A DNA stretch of 64,000 nt, taken from Candidatus Iainarchaeum sp. (lineage in GTDB: Archaea > Iainarchaeota > Iainarchaeia > Iainarchaeales > UBA10219). The DNA lies in contig JAGVWE010000002.1 of the NCBI GenBank assembly GCA_018304425.1, forward strand, positions 352,001 to 416,000, given 5' to 3'. The notes beneath the pieces were generated by a model. The model was not told the origin of the DNA. It did not search any database and saw nothing but the letters and a program-made list of their open reading frames with translations. Both the position numbers and the translations under genes were made by a program. Within the stretch, counting starts at the first letter, position 1, and each line of letters starts with the position of its first letter. Positions 46,005 through 54,475 of this stretch are shown here, in pieces.

Positions 46005-46214
46005 ATGATCGGCAGGCGAAAAAGCGAGGGCCACCCAATAAAGGAAAAGCCCGAGGATAAGGCCTGGCAGCAGTGGTTTCAGGGCCTATCCATGGAAGAA
46101 CACGACCGGAAGCTGAGGGAACTCGGCCTCGACGAGGAGGACGTGGGCGAATTCAACGAGAAATTTGTGGGCTCCAAGAAACCAGACAAGAAAGCCGTTC
46201 CCCCAGTCCCCTAA
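46005..46214 (+). CDS. Small hypothetical protein
   Basis: 69 aa, MIGRRKSEGHP...; TATA-like TTAATAA upstream; typical codon usage. Confidence 0.6.
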   Translation: MIGRRKSEGHPIKEKPEDKAWQQWFQGLSMEEHDRKLRELGLDEEDVGEFNEKFVGSKKPDKKAVPPVP

Positions 46215-46229
46215 TGTGAGGCTAACCAC

Positions 46230-46463
46230 TTATTCTTGCGAGATTTTAGCGTAATGGAGTAGGTTCTTGGCTTGCCAGTACAAGGTCATGCCAGAAACCC
46301 CCGACAACCAGGCCACGAAATAGTAAATCAGGGCCGTGTTAGGGTTGCCAGCAATGTGCGCCAGCACCCCCTGCACCAAACACCACACGAACAAAGAGGC
46401 AAGCGTGACGCCTAACACAAAAAAGCCAACGGCCCGACCAAACATAATCCAAAAGCCATTCAT
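46230..46463 (-). CDS. Small two-TM membrane protein
   Basis: MNGFWIMFGRAVGFFVLG...; two hydrophobic helices. Confidence 0.65.
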   Translation of the reverse strand: MNGFWIMFGRAVGFFVLGVTLASLFVWCLVQGVLAHIAGNPNTALIYYFVAWLSGVSGMTLYWQAKNLLHYAKISQE

Positions 46464-46564
46464 AAGAATCCCTATAATGCGGTCAACCCTATAAAAAACA
46501 ACCCAAGGTTCTACATAATGAAAGGGGGCCATCCTTATTTAGGCTTTTCACCCCCAGATACATC

Positions 46565-47245
46565 ATGCTCCGCGGGATTCTCTTCGACCTTGACAATACG
46601 CTCATCGACTTCATGAAAATGAAGAAAATGGGGTGTGAGGCCGCCATTGCCGCCATGATTGATTCGGGGCTGGAAATGGACAAGCGAAAGGCCTACCGGC
46701 TGCTGTTCAAGCTATACGGGGAACACGGCATCGAACACCAGCACATCTTTCAACTCTTTCTGAAGAAAACCCTGGGTACCGTGGATTACCGGATACTAGC
46801 CAATGCCATAACCGCTTACCGGAAGGTGCAAGTCGGTTTCCAGGAACCCTATCCACGGGTGCGCCCAACCCTGATCGGGCTTCGGGCGCGCGGCCTGCAG
46901 TTGGGCGTTGTAAGTGACGCCCCCAAGCTAAAGGCCTGGCTCCGGTTGGCGGAAATGAATCTCACCCACTTTTTTGACGCGGTCATAACCCTGGGAGACG
47001 CCAAGCAATTGAAGCCCAGCAAAAAGCCCTTCGAGCTGGCCTTGAAGCAATTGGGTTTGCAGCCCTTTGAAGTGCTTTACGTGGGGGACAACCCAGCCAG
47101 GGACATCAAGGGGGCCAAGAAAGTCGGCATGCGTACTGCCCTGGCGGAATACGGCCGGCTTTTTCCCGCAAGAGGGGTCAAACCAGATTTTGTGCTAAAA
47201 CGGGTGGATGGCGTCCTTTCCATCGCGGACCGGCTCACCCGATAA
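46565..47245 (+). CDS. HAD-superfamily hydrolase
   Basis: FDLDNTL, VSD, KP, YVGDNPARDI. Confidence 0.92.
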   Translation: MLRGILFDLDNTLIDFMKMKKMGCEAAIAAMIDSGLEMDKRKAYRLLFKLYGEHGIEHQHIFQLFLKKTLGTVDYRILANAITAYRKVQVGFQEPYPRVRPTLIGLRARGLQLGVVSDAPKLKAWLRLAEMNLTHFFDAVITLGDAKQLKPSKKPFELALKQLGLQPFEVLYVGDNPARDIKGAKKVGMRTALAEYGRLFPARGVKPDFVLKRVDGVLSIADRLTR

Positions 47246-47316
47246 GGCCAGCCAAGTCAACCAAAGGTTTTTATTTTCCTTTCCAGGTAATTACGTGAAC
47301 ACCCCCTGGTGGAAGG

Positions 47317-47484
47317 ATGCCTATCTTCGCGGGAACCACGGAATTATCCAAAAGGGCACTGCAGCGCGGTTACAAGTGCCTGAATTGCGGGTTTGAACTG
47401 GCGTTCGAAGAAACCGAACCCCGCAACCGATACACCCGGCGGTTCTGTTCCGAGGCCTGTCGGCAAACCTATCTCAAACATTGA
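47317..47484 (+). CDS. 55-aa Zn-finger protein (CxxC...FCSxxC; not in ORF track)
   Basis: MPIFAGTTELSKRALQRGYKCLNCGFELAFEETEPRNRYTRRFCSEACRQTYLKH*; GGTGG SD-like upstream. Confidence 0.75.
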   Translation: MPIFAGTTELSKRALQRGYKCLNCGFELAFEETEPRNRYTRRFCSEACRQTYLKH

Positions 47485-47500
47485 ACGCTTGCCAGGCAGG

Positions 47501-48289
47501 ATGCCCATGTCCACCACGAGAAAACACATAGTCAAAGGAATCAAGGAATATTTCAGGCGCAGCGGCAAGACCCGGGCCGTTCTTGGATTGAGCGGCGGAA
47601 TTGACTCGGCCGTGGTTGCAGTTCTATTAGTGCAGGCGCTGGGCAAAAAAAACGTGACCTGCCTCCTGCTCCCAACTCCAAGCAGCAGCGCCGCCAACCT
47701 TGCGGATGCACGTGCCGTTGCCAAGCAATTAGGGGTTCGGCATTTTATCCAACCCATTTATGCGTTCACCAAACCCTTTACCCGGTTGCCCTGGAAGCAA
47801 ACAAAAATAACCACCGCCAATCTGAAAGCAAGGATTCGGGCCACTATCCTCTACCACTATGCCAACACCCGGAACGCCTTGGTAGTCGGAACAGGTAACC
47901 GAACCGAGCTAATGTTAGGCTATTTCACCAAGTACGGAGACGGGGCCGTCGACTTGCTGCCTATTGGCGGGTTGTGGAAACGGGAAGTGCGGGCGCTGGC
48001 CCGAGAGCTCAAGGTCCCAGCACCCATCCTTGAAAAGGCTCCGACCGCTGAGCTCTGGCCGGGGCAAACCGATGAACGGGAACTGGGCTTGTCCTACACC
48101 CAATTGGATGCCATACTCTCCGCCCTATTTGACCGACAAGCAAGCCCAAAACAAGTAATTCAGGAAGGGTTTAGTCGCAGGCAGGTGGAAAAGGTTTTGG
48201 CGCGCGTGAAGGCCAACCAGCACAAGGCCGTGCCACCCCCCATTATTGCCCCAAACGATAGCTATGTTTTTAACCCTACGCAGCAATAA
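47501..48289 (+). CDS. nadE: NH3-dependent NAD+ synthetase
   Basis: GLSGGIDSA, NLKARIR, GYFTKYGDG, PTAELWPGQTDE. Confidence 0.95.
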   Translation: MPMSTTRKHIVKGIKEYFRRSGKTRAVLGLSGGIDSAVVAVLLVQALGKKNVTCLLLPTPSSSAANLADARAVAKQLGVRHFIQPIYAFTKPFTRLPWKQTKITTANLKARIRATILYHYANTRNALVVGTGNRTELMLGYFTKYGDGAVDLLPIGGLWKREVRALARELKVPAPILEKAPTAELWPGQTDERELGLSYTQLDAILSALFDRQASPKQVIQEGFSRRQVEKVLARVKANQHKAVPPPIIAPNDSYVFNPTQQ

Positions 48290-48331
48290 TCCGTTAGCCC
48301 TTCAGTTGTTGTCGGGGCGGGGGAGATTTTA

Positions 48332-49174
48332 ATGCAGGAATTCACCAGCGTGGACGAAGCGGACGTAACCAAAGCCATCGTTTCCGAGTATCTGAAGGAA
48401 TTGGAATCCTTAACCGACACGGATGCCGTGGTCGTCGGTTCCGGGCCGGCTGGCTCGGTGTGTGCCAGGAAACTGGCTGAAAAAGGCCACAAAGTGCTTA
48501 TCGTAGAACGAAACATCAAACCCGGGGGCGGCATGTTCCTTGGCGGGATGCTTATGAACAAGTTAGTGGTGGAAGCACCAGCAGACCGGATCTGCCGGGA
48601 AGTGGGCGCCAAGTCCTTGAAGGAATACAAGCCAGGCCTGTTCGTCGGCGACGCCCACGAAATAGCCACCAAACTGATTGCGGCCGCTTTTGACGCGGGT
48701 GCGCACATGCTCAACGCGGTGCAGGTGGAGGATATTATCTACCGCGAGCAAGGCATTTGCGGCGTGGTAATCAACTGGCACATGGTTTCCAGTTACCCCG
48801 ATTGGGTTACTTGCACCGACCCCCTGGCACTGAAAACAAAGGTCGTGATTGACGCGACCGGGCACGCCGCAGAAGTAGCCCGTTTGGCTGGCAAGCGGTT
48901 TGGTTTTGAGGTGAAGGGCCACGAAGGCGCCATGTGGGTGGACGAAGCCGAGAAGGCAACCTATAATGCCACCCAAGAGATTTATCCTGGCCTCATTGTG
49001 TGTGGGATGGCAGCCAATGGGGTTTACATGCTGCCCCGAATGGGCCCCATTTTTGGAGCCATGTTCATGAGTGGCGAGAAAGCCGCCGAACTCGCTCACC
49101 AGCGCATCCTCGAGTTGGGCAGCAACCAGGCAACCCCCTTAAAACCAAGGGAACCGCTCATCCAGCACCGCTGA
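48332..49174 (+). CDS. thi4: Thiazole synthase Thi4
   Basis: VVGSGPAG, PGGGM, CTDP, DATGH, PRMGPIFGAM. Confidence 0.93.
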   Translation: MQEFTSVDEADVTKAIVSEYLKELESLTDTDAVVVGSGPAGSVCARKLAEKGHKVLIVERNIKPGGGMFLGGMLMNKLVVEAPADRICREVGAKSLKEYKPGLFVGDAHEIATKLIAAAFDAGAHMLNAVQVEDIIYREQGICGVVINWHMVSSYPDWVTCTDPLALKTKVVIDATGHAAEVARLAGKRFGFEVKGHEGAMWVDEAEKATYNATQEIYPGLIVCGMAANGVYMLPRMGPIFGAMFMSGEKAAELAHQRILELGSNQATPLKPREPLIQHR

Positions 49175-50255
49175 CATGGCAGCGGTTTGCCTTTCCATTT
49201 TTCCTTGCGCACACAAGCATATGCAGCCGTTTGGCTGCGGTTTTGGGCTTGGGCGCGGAAACCACAGCCCGGATTACGGCAACCAGGGAAGCACCGCTTG
49301 CCACCACCCGGTTTACGTTTGACCCATCAATGCCTCCGACGGCCACAAACGGGATTTTGAGTCTTTTCCGCACCCGGGAAACCAAACCCAATCCCACCGC
49401 TTTAACCCCTGGCTTTGAAGGGGTTTCAAATACCGGTCCCACACTAAGGTAGTCCGCGCCCTCCGCCACGGCTTTTTGCGCCTGCCGTAGGGAATGCGTG
49501 CTTTTCCCGATTATTTTGTCAAACCCCAGCAAGGCCCGGGCAACCGACACCGGCAAATCCCCTTGCCCCAAATGAACACCATCCGCGTCAACGGCTTTCG
49601 CGACATCTGCCCGGTCATTGACCAGGAACAACGCGTTTTTTTTCCGGCATTGGCGCGCCAAAGCCTTGGCCAGAGCCAAGAGTTTTTTTCCCTTTAACCG
49701 CTTATCCCGCAGCTGGATAATTTCCGCGCCCCCGGCCAGCGAAAGTCGGCAGGCCTCCGCATAATCCAAGTCCTTTCGGAACTGCCGGGCATCCAGCACC
49801 ACGTACAAGGAGGCCCGCCCGAATTTCTGCATTCGCTCAAAGCGGAGGAAACCCGCTGCCAGTTTTTCTTCCACTGAATAAACCCTGAAACGGAGCCGCT
49901 TTAGTTGCCGGCCCGTAGGAGCCGAGCGAAGCTTGGCTGCTTCCTCTAGGCACCGCAGGGCCTCTCCAACCCGGTTAAAGTTGGCCTCCAACAATTCGTC
50001 CCACGCGTGCCGGCTTCCCTCACTAACCAAATAACTCTGGGCGCCTACATCCACGGCACTGGCTCGGGCCAGCAACGCCCGCCGCTCGAAACAAACCCGT
50101 GAAGCTACCCGAGTCAGCTGATGTCGTAACTGCTTCAACACCAGCGTAGCCTTTTCCTCTTTAAGCACAAAACGTGCAAAGTCCTCAATGACCCGCAACC
50201 CCTCCCGTGCACGGTTGAGGTTTGCGTCCCAGAAACACAGAAATTCAGGGCCCAT
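49158..50255 (-). CDS. thiE: Thiamine-phosphate synthase with N-terminal ThiD2 domain
   Basis: DANLNRAREGLRVIED and ANFNRVGEALRCLEE repeats, then QLRDK, NDRAD, GVHLGQGD, IGKSTH, TPSK. Confidence 0.9.
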   Translation of the reverse strand: MGPEFLCFWDANLNRAREGLRVIEDFARFVLKEEKATLVLKQLRHQLTRVASRVCFERRALLARASAVDVGAQSYLVSEGSRHAWDELLEANFNRVGEALRCLEEAAKLRSAPTGRQLKRLRFRVYSVEEKLAAGFLRFERMQKFGRASLYVVLDARQFRKDLDYAEACRLSLAGGAEIIQLRDKRLKGKKLLALAKALARQCRKKNALFLVNDRADVAKAVDADGVHLGQGDLPVSVARALLGFDKIIGKSTHSLRQAQKAVAEGADYLSVGPVFETPSKPGVKAVGLGLVSRVRKRLKIPFVAVGGIDGSNVNRVVASGASLVAVIRAVVSAPKPKTAAKRLHMLVCARKNGKANRCHVSGAG

Positions 50256-50316
50256 ATCAAAGCCGTGAAACAAAGTTATTTAAAGTTAAGACCGGCAAAT
50301 ATATGGTCGTGGTCTT

Positions 50317-50439
50317 GTGAAATGGGACTCCTTCGTCAAGGTAGTGGAAAGCCTTTCCAGGGATGTAACAGCCAGGGCGCAGGTACCAGCGAATCCGCGC
50401 ATGGCCCAGCTCGCCCTGGTGCAAGGCCCTACGAAGTGA
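50317..50439 (+). CDS. Possible 40-aa small protein
   Basis: GTG start, MKWDSFVKVVESLSRDVTARAQVPANPRMAQLALVQGPTK*, downstream of TATTTAAA; fills an intergenic gap; no motif. Confidence 0.3.
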   Translation: MKWDSFVKVVESLSRDVTARAQVPANPRMAQLALVQGPTK

Positions 50440-50463
50440 CCTTATCGTGAGCCTGCGAGCCGT

Positions 50464-51267
50464 TCACCGAATAGTGGCCGAATAAATCTCCGCCCCACCC
50501 GCGGTCACCTTCCGGTAAATGCGTTCAACCAGGAAACCGGTTTTCAGAATCTGGGCGCCCGTTGAGTCGACGAACAGGCGTTCATCCTCCCCTTCACGGA
50601 ATTGCCGGCTGGAAACTTGGCTGCCCGCTTCATCCAATAAATCGAGCGTGATGGCAAAGCGTCCATCGCTGGTAGTGTATCCCTCGCCTACCACCAATTT
50701 GAACCGCTTTCCCTCAAAAGAACCACGTCCCTCGAAGGGAAAGTCGCGGGCACGGGCTTGTTGTGCTGTTGCTAGGGCTTCCTGGCGTTGGCGTTCAGCC
50801 GCAAGTGCACTGGCACGGTTTTTTGCTTCGGGTCCCGCAACGGCGTAAACCGTGTAGGTATTGGGCGCGCGTTCCTCGATCCTGGCAGCCAGGGCCCCAT
50901 CAATGTAAACCTTGTGGAGGAGGGACAGCAAAACCTGGGAATCCCGGTAGGGGCCGGTTACCTGCACACCCCCCAAGAAACCAGCCGCATCGGTTTCCCC
51001 TGCAAAGACCAGGGTTTCCGGACAGGGCTGGCCCGTTTCACAACCCGGCTTTTTTTTGACTTCCACGCGCGCCCCCGGCAAGGGCCGGGCCGCTGCATCC
51101 AACACCTCAAAACGCAAAGAAAAGGTCTGTTCAGGGGCAGGCCCCGCGTTTGGGGTCGAGGCTTCCAATGGCAAGGCCGTGTCAGCTGTTGGTTGGAGTG
51201 GTAGTTGGCACCCGGCAAGCAAAACACTGAAAGCAAGCGCCCACCCGACAAGCATCCAGCGAGTCAT
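50464..51267 (-). CDS. Hypothetical lipoprotein
   Basis: Lipobox LLAGC; carboxypeptidase-regulatory-like PLPGARVEV...TDAAG segment. Confidence 0.7.
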   Translation of the reverse strand: MTRWMLVGWALAFSVLLAGCQLPLQPTADTALPLEASTPNAGPAPEQTFSLRFEVLDAAARPLPGARVEVKKKPGCETGQPCPETLVFAGETDAAGFLGGVQVTGPYRDSQVLLSLLHKVYIDGALAARIEERAPNTYTVYAVAGPEAKNRASALAAERQRQEALATAQQARARDFPFEGRGSFEGKRFKLVVGEGYTTSDGRFAITLDLLDEAGSQVSSRQFREGEDERLFVDSTGAQILKTGFLVERIYRKVTAGGAEIYSATIR

Positions 51268-51713
51268 GGTTTCCGCTCGCCCTTCAAGAAAGAAGTAATC
51301 AGGGTACTTGCCCATTTGCCGAAGGTGAGGACCAGCAAGACAAGGACCGTGGAAGCAAGGGCCGCATACAAGAAACCCGTTCCAACGGCCAAGCCAATCG
51401 CGGCCACCACCCACAAATCAGCCGCCGTGGTGAGGCCGGACACATGGTCGTGGGAACGGAAGATGCTGCCTGCCCCGAGAAAACCGATTCCAAGCACGAC
51501 ATTGGCAGCTATCCTGCCAACATCGGCTTCAAGCGGCAGGGAAAGGGATATGAGGGTGAATAGAGTGGAGCCGAGGCAGACCAGTGCATGGGTTCGCATG
51601 CCCGCCGGCTTCCCATGGAGTTCCCGGTGGAGTCCAATGATTCCTCCCAGGGCCACGGCCAGCAGAAGCCTGAACAACACCACGTCTTCCGGGAAAAAGT
51701 TCATGTAATCCAT
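51264..51713 (-). CDS. MgtC/SapB family membrane protein
   Basis: AGMRTH, RIAANVVLGIGFLGAG, GLTTAA. Confidence 0.92.
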   Translation of the reverse strand: MDYMNFFPEDVVLFRLLLAVALGGIIGLHRELHGKPAGMRTHALVCLGSTLFTLISLSLPLEADVGRIAANVVLGIGFLGAGSIFRSHDHVSGLTTAADLWVVAAIGLAVGTGFLYAALASTVLVLLVLTFGKWASTLITSFLKGERKP

Positions 51714-51882
51714 GCACTAAGGTGTTTTTTCTTAATAAATTTTCCTGCTCCCAAAAACGTGGGGTTCGCTTTCTGAAGCCCAAACGCTTTTAATAGGTTT
51801 GCTGTAGGAATATAGCGAGAGAGCCGCTTAAAGTGCCTTAAATTGGCTTATACGAGGCCTTTAGAGATTTTAGGGGAAGCAC

Positions 51883-52926
51883 ATGGACGAGGAAACAGAA
51901 GCCATCATAAAGGACTCCAAGGCAACGGAAGAGGATACCAACGACGAGGCCAACGAGGAAGTGGCTGCAGAGCTTCCGGAAGAGCAGGCGGTTGACCCGG
52001 TGCAGCCGGAAAAACCGGTAGCCAAGCAAACGGGGTCCATTCTGGACTTTGGAAAGGGCAGTAACCTCTTCAACCAGAAAGAATTTTCAGAGGTGCGCGA
52101 AACCCTCCAGCACATTAAAGAATTGCTTGAAATAGAGCGCGAAGCCGAAAGAAAAATGTTGGCTGACCTCACTGACCTCCTTGAACGCGAGCGGGCTGCC
52201 AAAAAGGCCAAGGAGACCCGGCTTCGGACGCACCTTCAGAAAATAAATTCAAAAGTAATGGACATTAGCACGCAGACCGTTGAAAAAGAAGGGCAATTGA
52301 AGAAGGAAATAGACACCTTGCAGATATCCATTCGTGCCATCCAGCAGAATTTGAGCGCCTTTGGCCTGGTCGCCGCCAAGCCAAAAGCAGACCAGCCGCA
52401 GTCAACCGATTCCAGGCCAAGCCTCATCGACAAGAAGGAATTGGAGGGCATCATCAATACGCTTACGGACATCAAGCGGTTGCTGGACGAGGAAAGGGAG
52501 CGGGAAAAGCAGCTTGAAACAGACCTCGACGCAGTTATCGGCCGCCGCGAAGACACCAAACGGAGCAAGGAAGAACGGTTCAAGGAACACGCCCAAGCCA
52601 TTGCCCAGCGGATTGCCAAGATAACCCAGCAAACCGTTGAAAAGGAGGCCAAACTCAAGCGGGAAACCGGGATCCTCCAGACTTCCATCAAACTCATTCG
52701 AGACAAGCTGCCCATGCAAGAAGAGGGTCCAGCCCTACTTCACGAGGCTGAGGAATCCGTTTCCACCCAGGAAGAGGTGCCCCAGCAAAACTTCGAGCCA
52801 CTGCCATCCGAGTCCATGGTTCAGTTTGAGGAAGAAGACAGTGGAGGCGAAAACGCCGGGGACGAGCGGAAAGGCAAGAAGCGGAAGTTTGGCAAGGGCT
52901 TTTACATGTTTGGAAAGGGAAAATAG
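51883..52926 (+). CDS. Acidic coiled-coil protein with internal tandem duplication
   Basis: Two ~95-aa helical repeats (KE...TL..IK.LL..ERE...QTVEKE..LK.E...LQ.SI..I...L). Confidence 0.8.
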   Translation: MDEETEAIIKDSKATEEDTNDEANEEVAAELPEEQAVDPVQPEKPVAKQTGSILDFGKGSNLFNQKEFSEVRETLQHIKELLEIEREAERKMLADLTDLLERERAAKKAKETRLRTHLQKINSKVMDISTQTVEKEGQLKKEIDTLQISIRAIQQNLSAFGLVAAKPKADQPQSTDSRPSLIDKKELEGIINTLTDIKRLLDEEREREKQLETDLDAVIGRREDTKRSKEERFKEHAQAIAQRIAKITQQTVEKEAKLKRETGILQTSIKLIRDKLPMQEEGPALLHEAEESVSTQEEVPQQNFEPLPSESMVQFEEEDSGGENAGDERKGKKRKFGKGFYMFGKGK

Positions 52927-52997
52927 CGGCAACACACCCTTTTAAACTCTTTTTTCTTTCTATCTCATCGGATTTCCCGGACAAGCTAGGGGAGAAC

Positions 52998-53369
52998 ATG
53001 CCGCTCGCATCCAAACTGTTCAAGCTATTCTTCTTGGTAGCCGTTATACTCGTCGTAATCGGCCTTGCCCTGCCCACGCTTAAAGAGCAACTCAGCATCC
53101 AAGGCAACTCCGTCGACGTCAAATTACGCGTACCCTTTACCACACAGGCCCTTGAACTGAACAAGGTGCCGGTGGATGCGACCACCCAGCAAGACGCCCT
53201 GTTCGTGGGCAGCGGGTTGCTGGCCATTCTGGTGCTTTGGAAGTTCATCAGCCTGAACCCCCTGCATTTGCTTACCGACATGCGTAAAAAGAAGGAAATT
53301 CATTCAGAACTCAGGAAAATGGACTCAACCCTCGAAGAAATAAAGCGGCTGGGCCAGGGCTTTGATTAA
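52998..53369 (+). CDS. Hypothetical membrane protein
   Basis: Two hydrophobic segments and a charged C-terminal helix. Confidence 0.7.
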   Translation: MPLASKLFKLFFLVAVILVVIGLALPTLKEQLSIQGNSVDVKLRVPFTTQALELNKVPVDATTQQDALFVGSGLLAILVLWKFISLNPLHLLTDMRKKKEIHSELRKMDSTLEEIKRLGQGFD

Positions 53370-53414
53370 CGAAAAGCCAAGGGTTTTTAAGGAAAACCAG
53401 CCCATTATACGCCT

Positions 53415-54461
53415 ATGCGGCCAGCCCTTCTCGCCTGCCTGTTATTTCTCCTCCTGCTGAATGGTTGTGCCCAGGAAAAAAAGGATCTCGCGCCGGCCGT
53501 GGTCACGCCAACCCCCCAAACAGCCACGGAAACACCAGTCCCTGCACCAGAAGAGCTTCCTACCCTGCCAGCCGAAGAAGTGCCGGAGATGGAACCAGCC
53601 AAGGATGCATTCGAAGCCGAACTGAGGTACAACACCTCAATTCCCTCCTTCAGCAAGGCAAAAGTTCGCGGCATCATCGACAAGAGTGCGCCAGCCGTGG
53701 TCAAGCAGACCCTATTCGTGGAAGGCCTTCCACGGTTGAGTGGCAGGAACGTATTTGAAACCAGCCACAAAGATGGCGTGGACTTCGATTATTATTCTGC
53801 CTGGTTGGTGGACGAGTCAGGCAAGCATGCACCCACCCACGTTGATGATTTCAATCCATTTTCTTCCGGTGAAACCAAGGAAGAAACCCTGTTCAACCGT
53901 TCAGACCTTCCCCCTGGCAGCCTGTTCGAGAAAGACTACAAGAAAATCATTTTGACGGTGGAAGCCAACCAAAAAGAGGAAATTCCCGCCTCCAGCGGCG
54001 TCATTCTCTATGCGGCTTTCTTCAACCACAAACTGGACCCCGATAACCTCCAATTCAAGTACAATTCCATGTACCCCGACTTTAGTGCGGCAACTGCCCG
54101 CCTGGCCTTTAATCCAGCCCCCGAAGGGTTAGCGGTTAATGGCCAGTTCACCGGCCTGCCGCGGTTGGAGGAAGTGGATGACCCCGTCATTGAAGGAAAC
54201 CCAGCGGGGCTGGACTTTGACTACTACGCCGTTTGGCTGGTGGCTTCGGACGGCAAAAATCAACCCGTGCTGGCCGGCAAATTCAACGCGGAACCCAGCG
54301 GGGCAACGGATTTCTCCGTTTCCCTCAAACCCGTGGCCTTCAAGGGAACGGACTTCAAGTTCTACGACAAAGCCTATATCTCCGTCGAAGTAAATGGGGT
54401 AGTACCCAAGAAACCAGGCAAGTGGGTCATTTACACAGGAGAAATAAAACCAGCTACGTGA
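53415..54461 (+). CDS. Lipoprotein with duplicated beta-sandwich domain
   Basis: Lipobox LNGC; GLPRL...DFDYY.xWLV...F...Y..TVE/SVE occurs twice. Confidence 0.8.
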   Translation: MRPALLACLLFLLLLNGCAQEKKDLAPAVVTPTPQTATETPVPAPEELPTLPAEEVPEMEPAKDAFEAELRYNTSIPSFSKAKVRGIIDKSAPAVVKQTLFVEGLPRLSGRNVFETSHKDGVDFDYYSAWLVDESGKHAPTHVDDFNPFSSGETKEETLFNRSDLPPGSLFEKDYKKIILTVEANQKEEIPASSGVILYAAFFNHKLDPDNLQFKYNSMYPDFSAATARLAFNPAPEGLAVNGQFTGLPRLEEVDDPVIEGNPAGLDFDYYAVWLVASDGKNQPVLAGKFNAEPSGATDFSVSLKPVAFKGTDFKFYDKAYISVEVNGVVPKKPGKWVIYTGEIKPAT

Positions 54462-54475
54462 ATGACTTGGCTCGG

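Noticed and set aside
47393-47500. N-terminal extension of nadE
   Set aside because: It overlaps the 55-aa Zn-finger ORF; NadE similarity begins after 47501.
48240-48331. TPP riboswitch upstream of thi4
   Set aside because: No CTGAGA core or room for the aptamer; none was seen upstream of thiE either.
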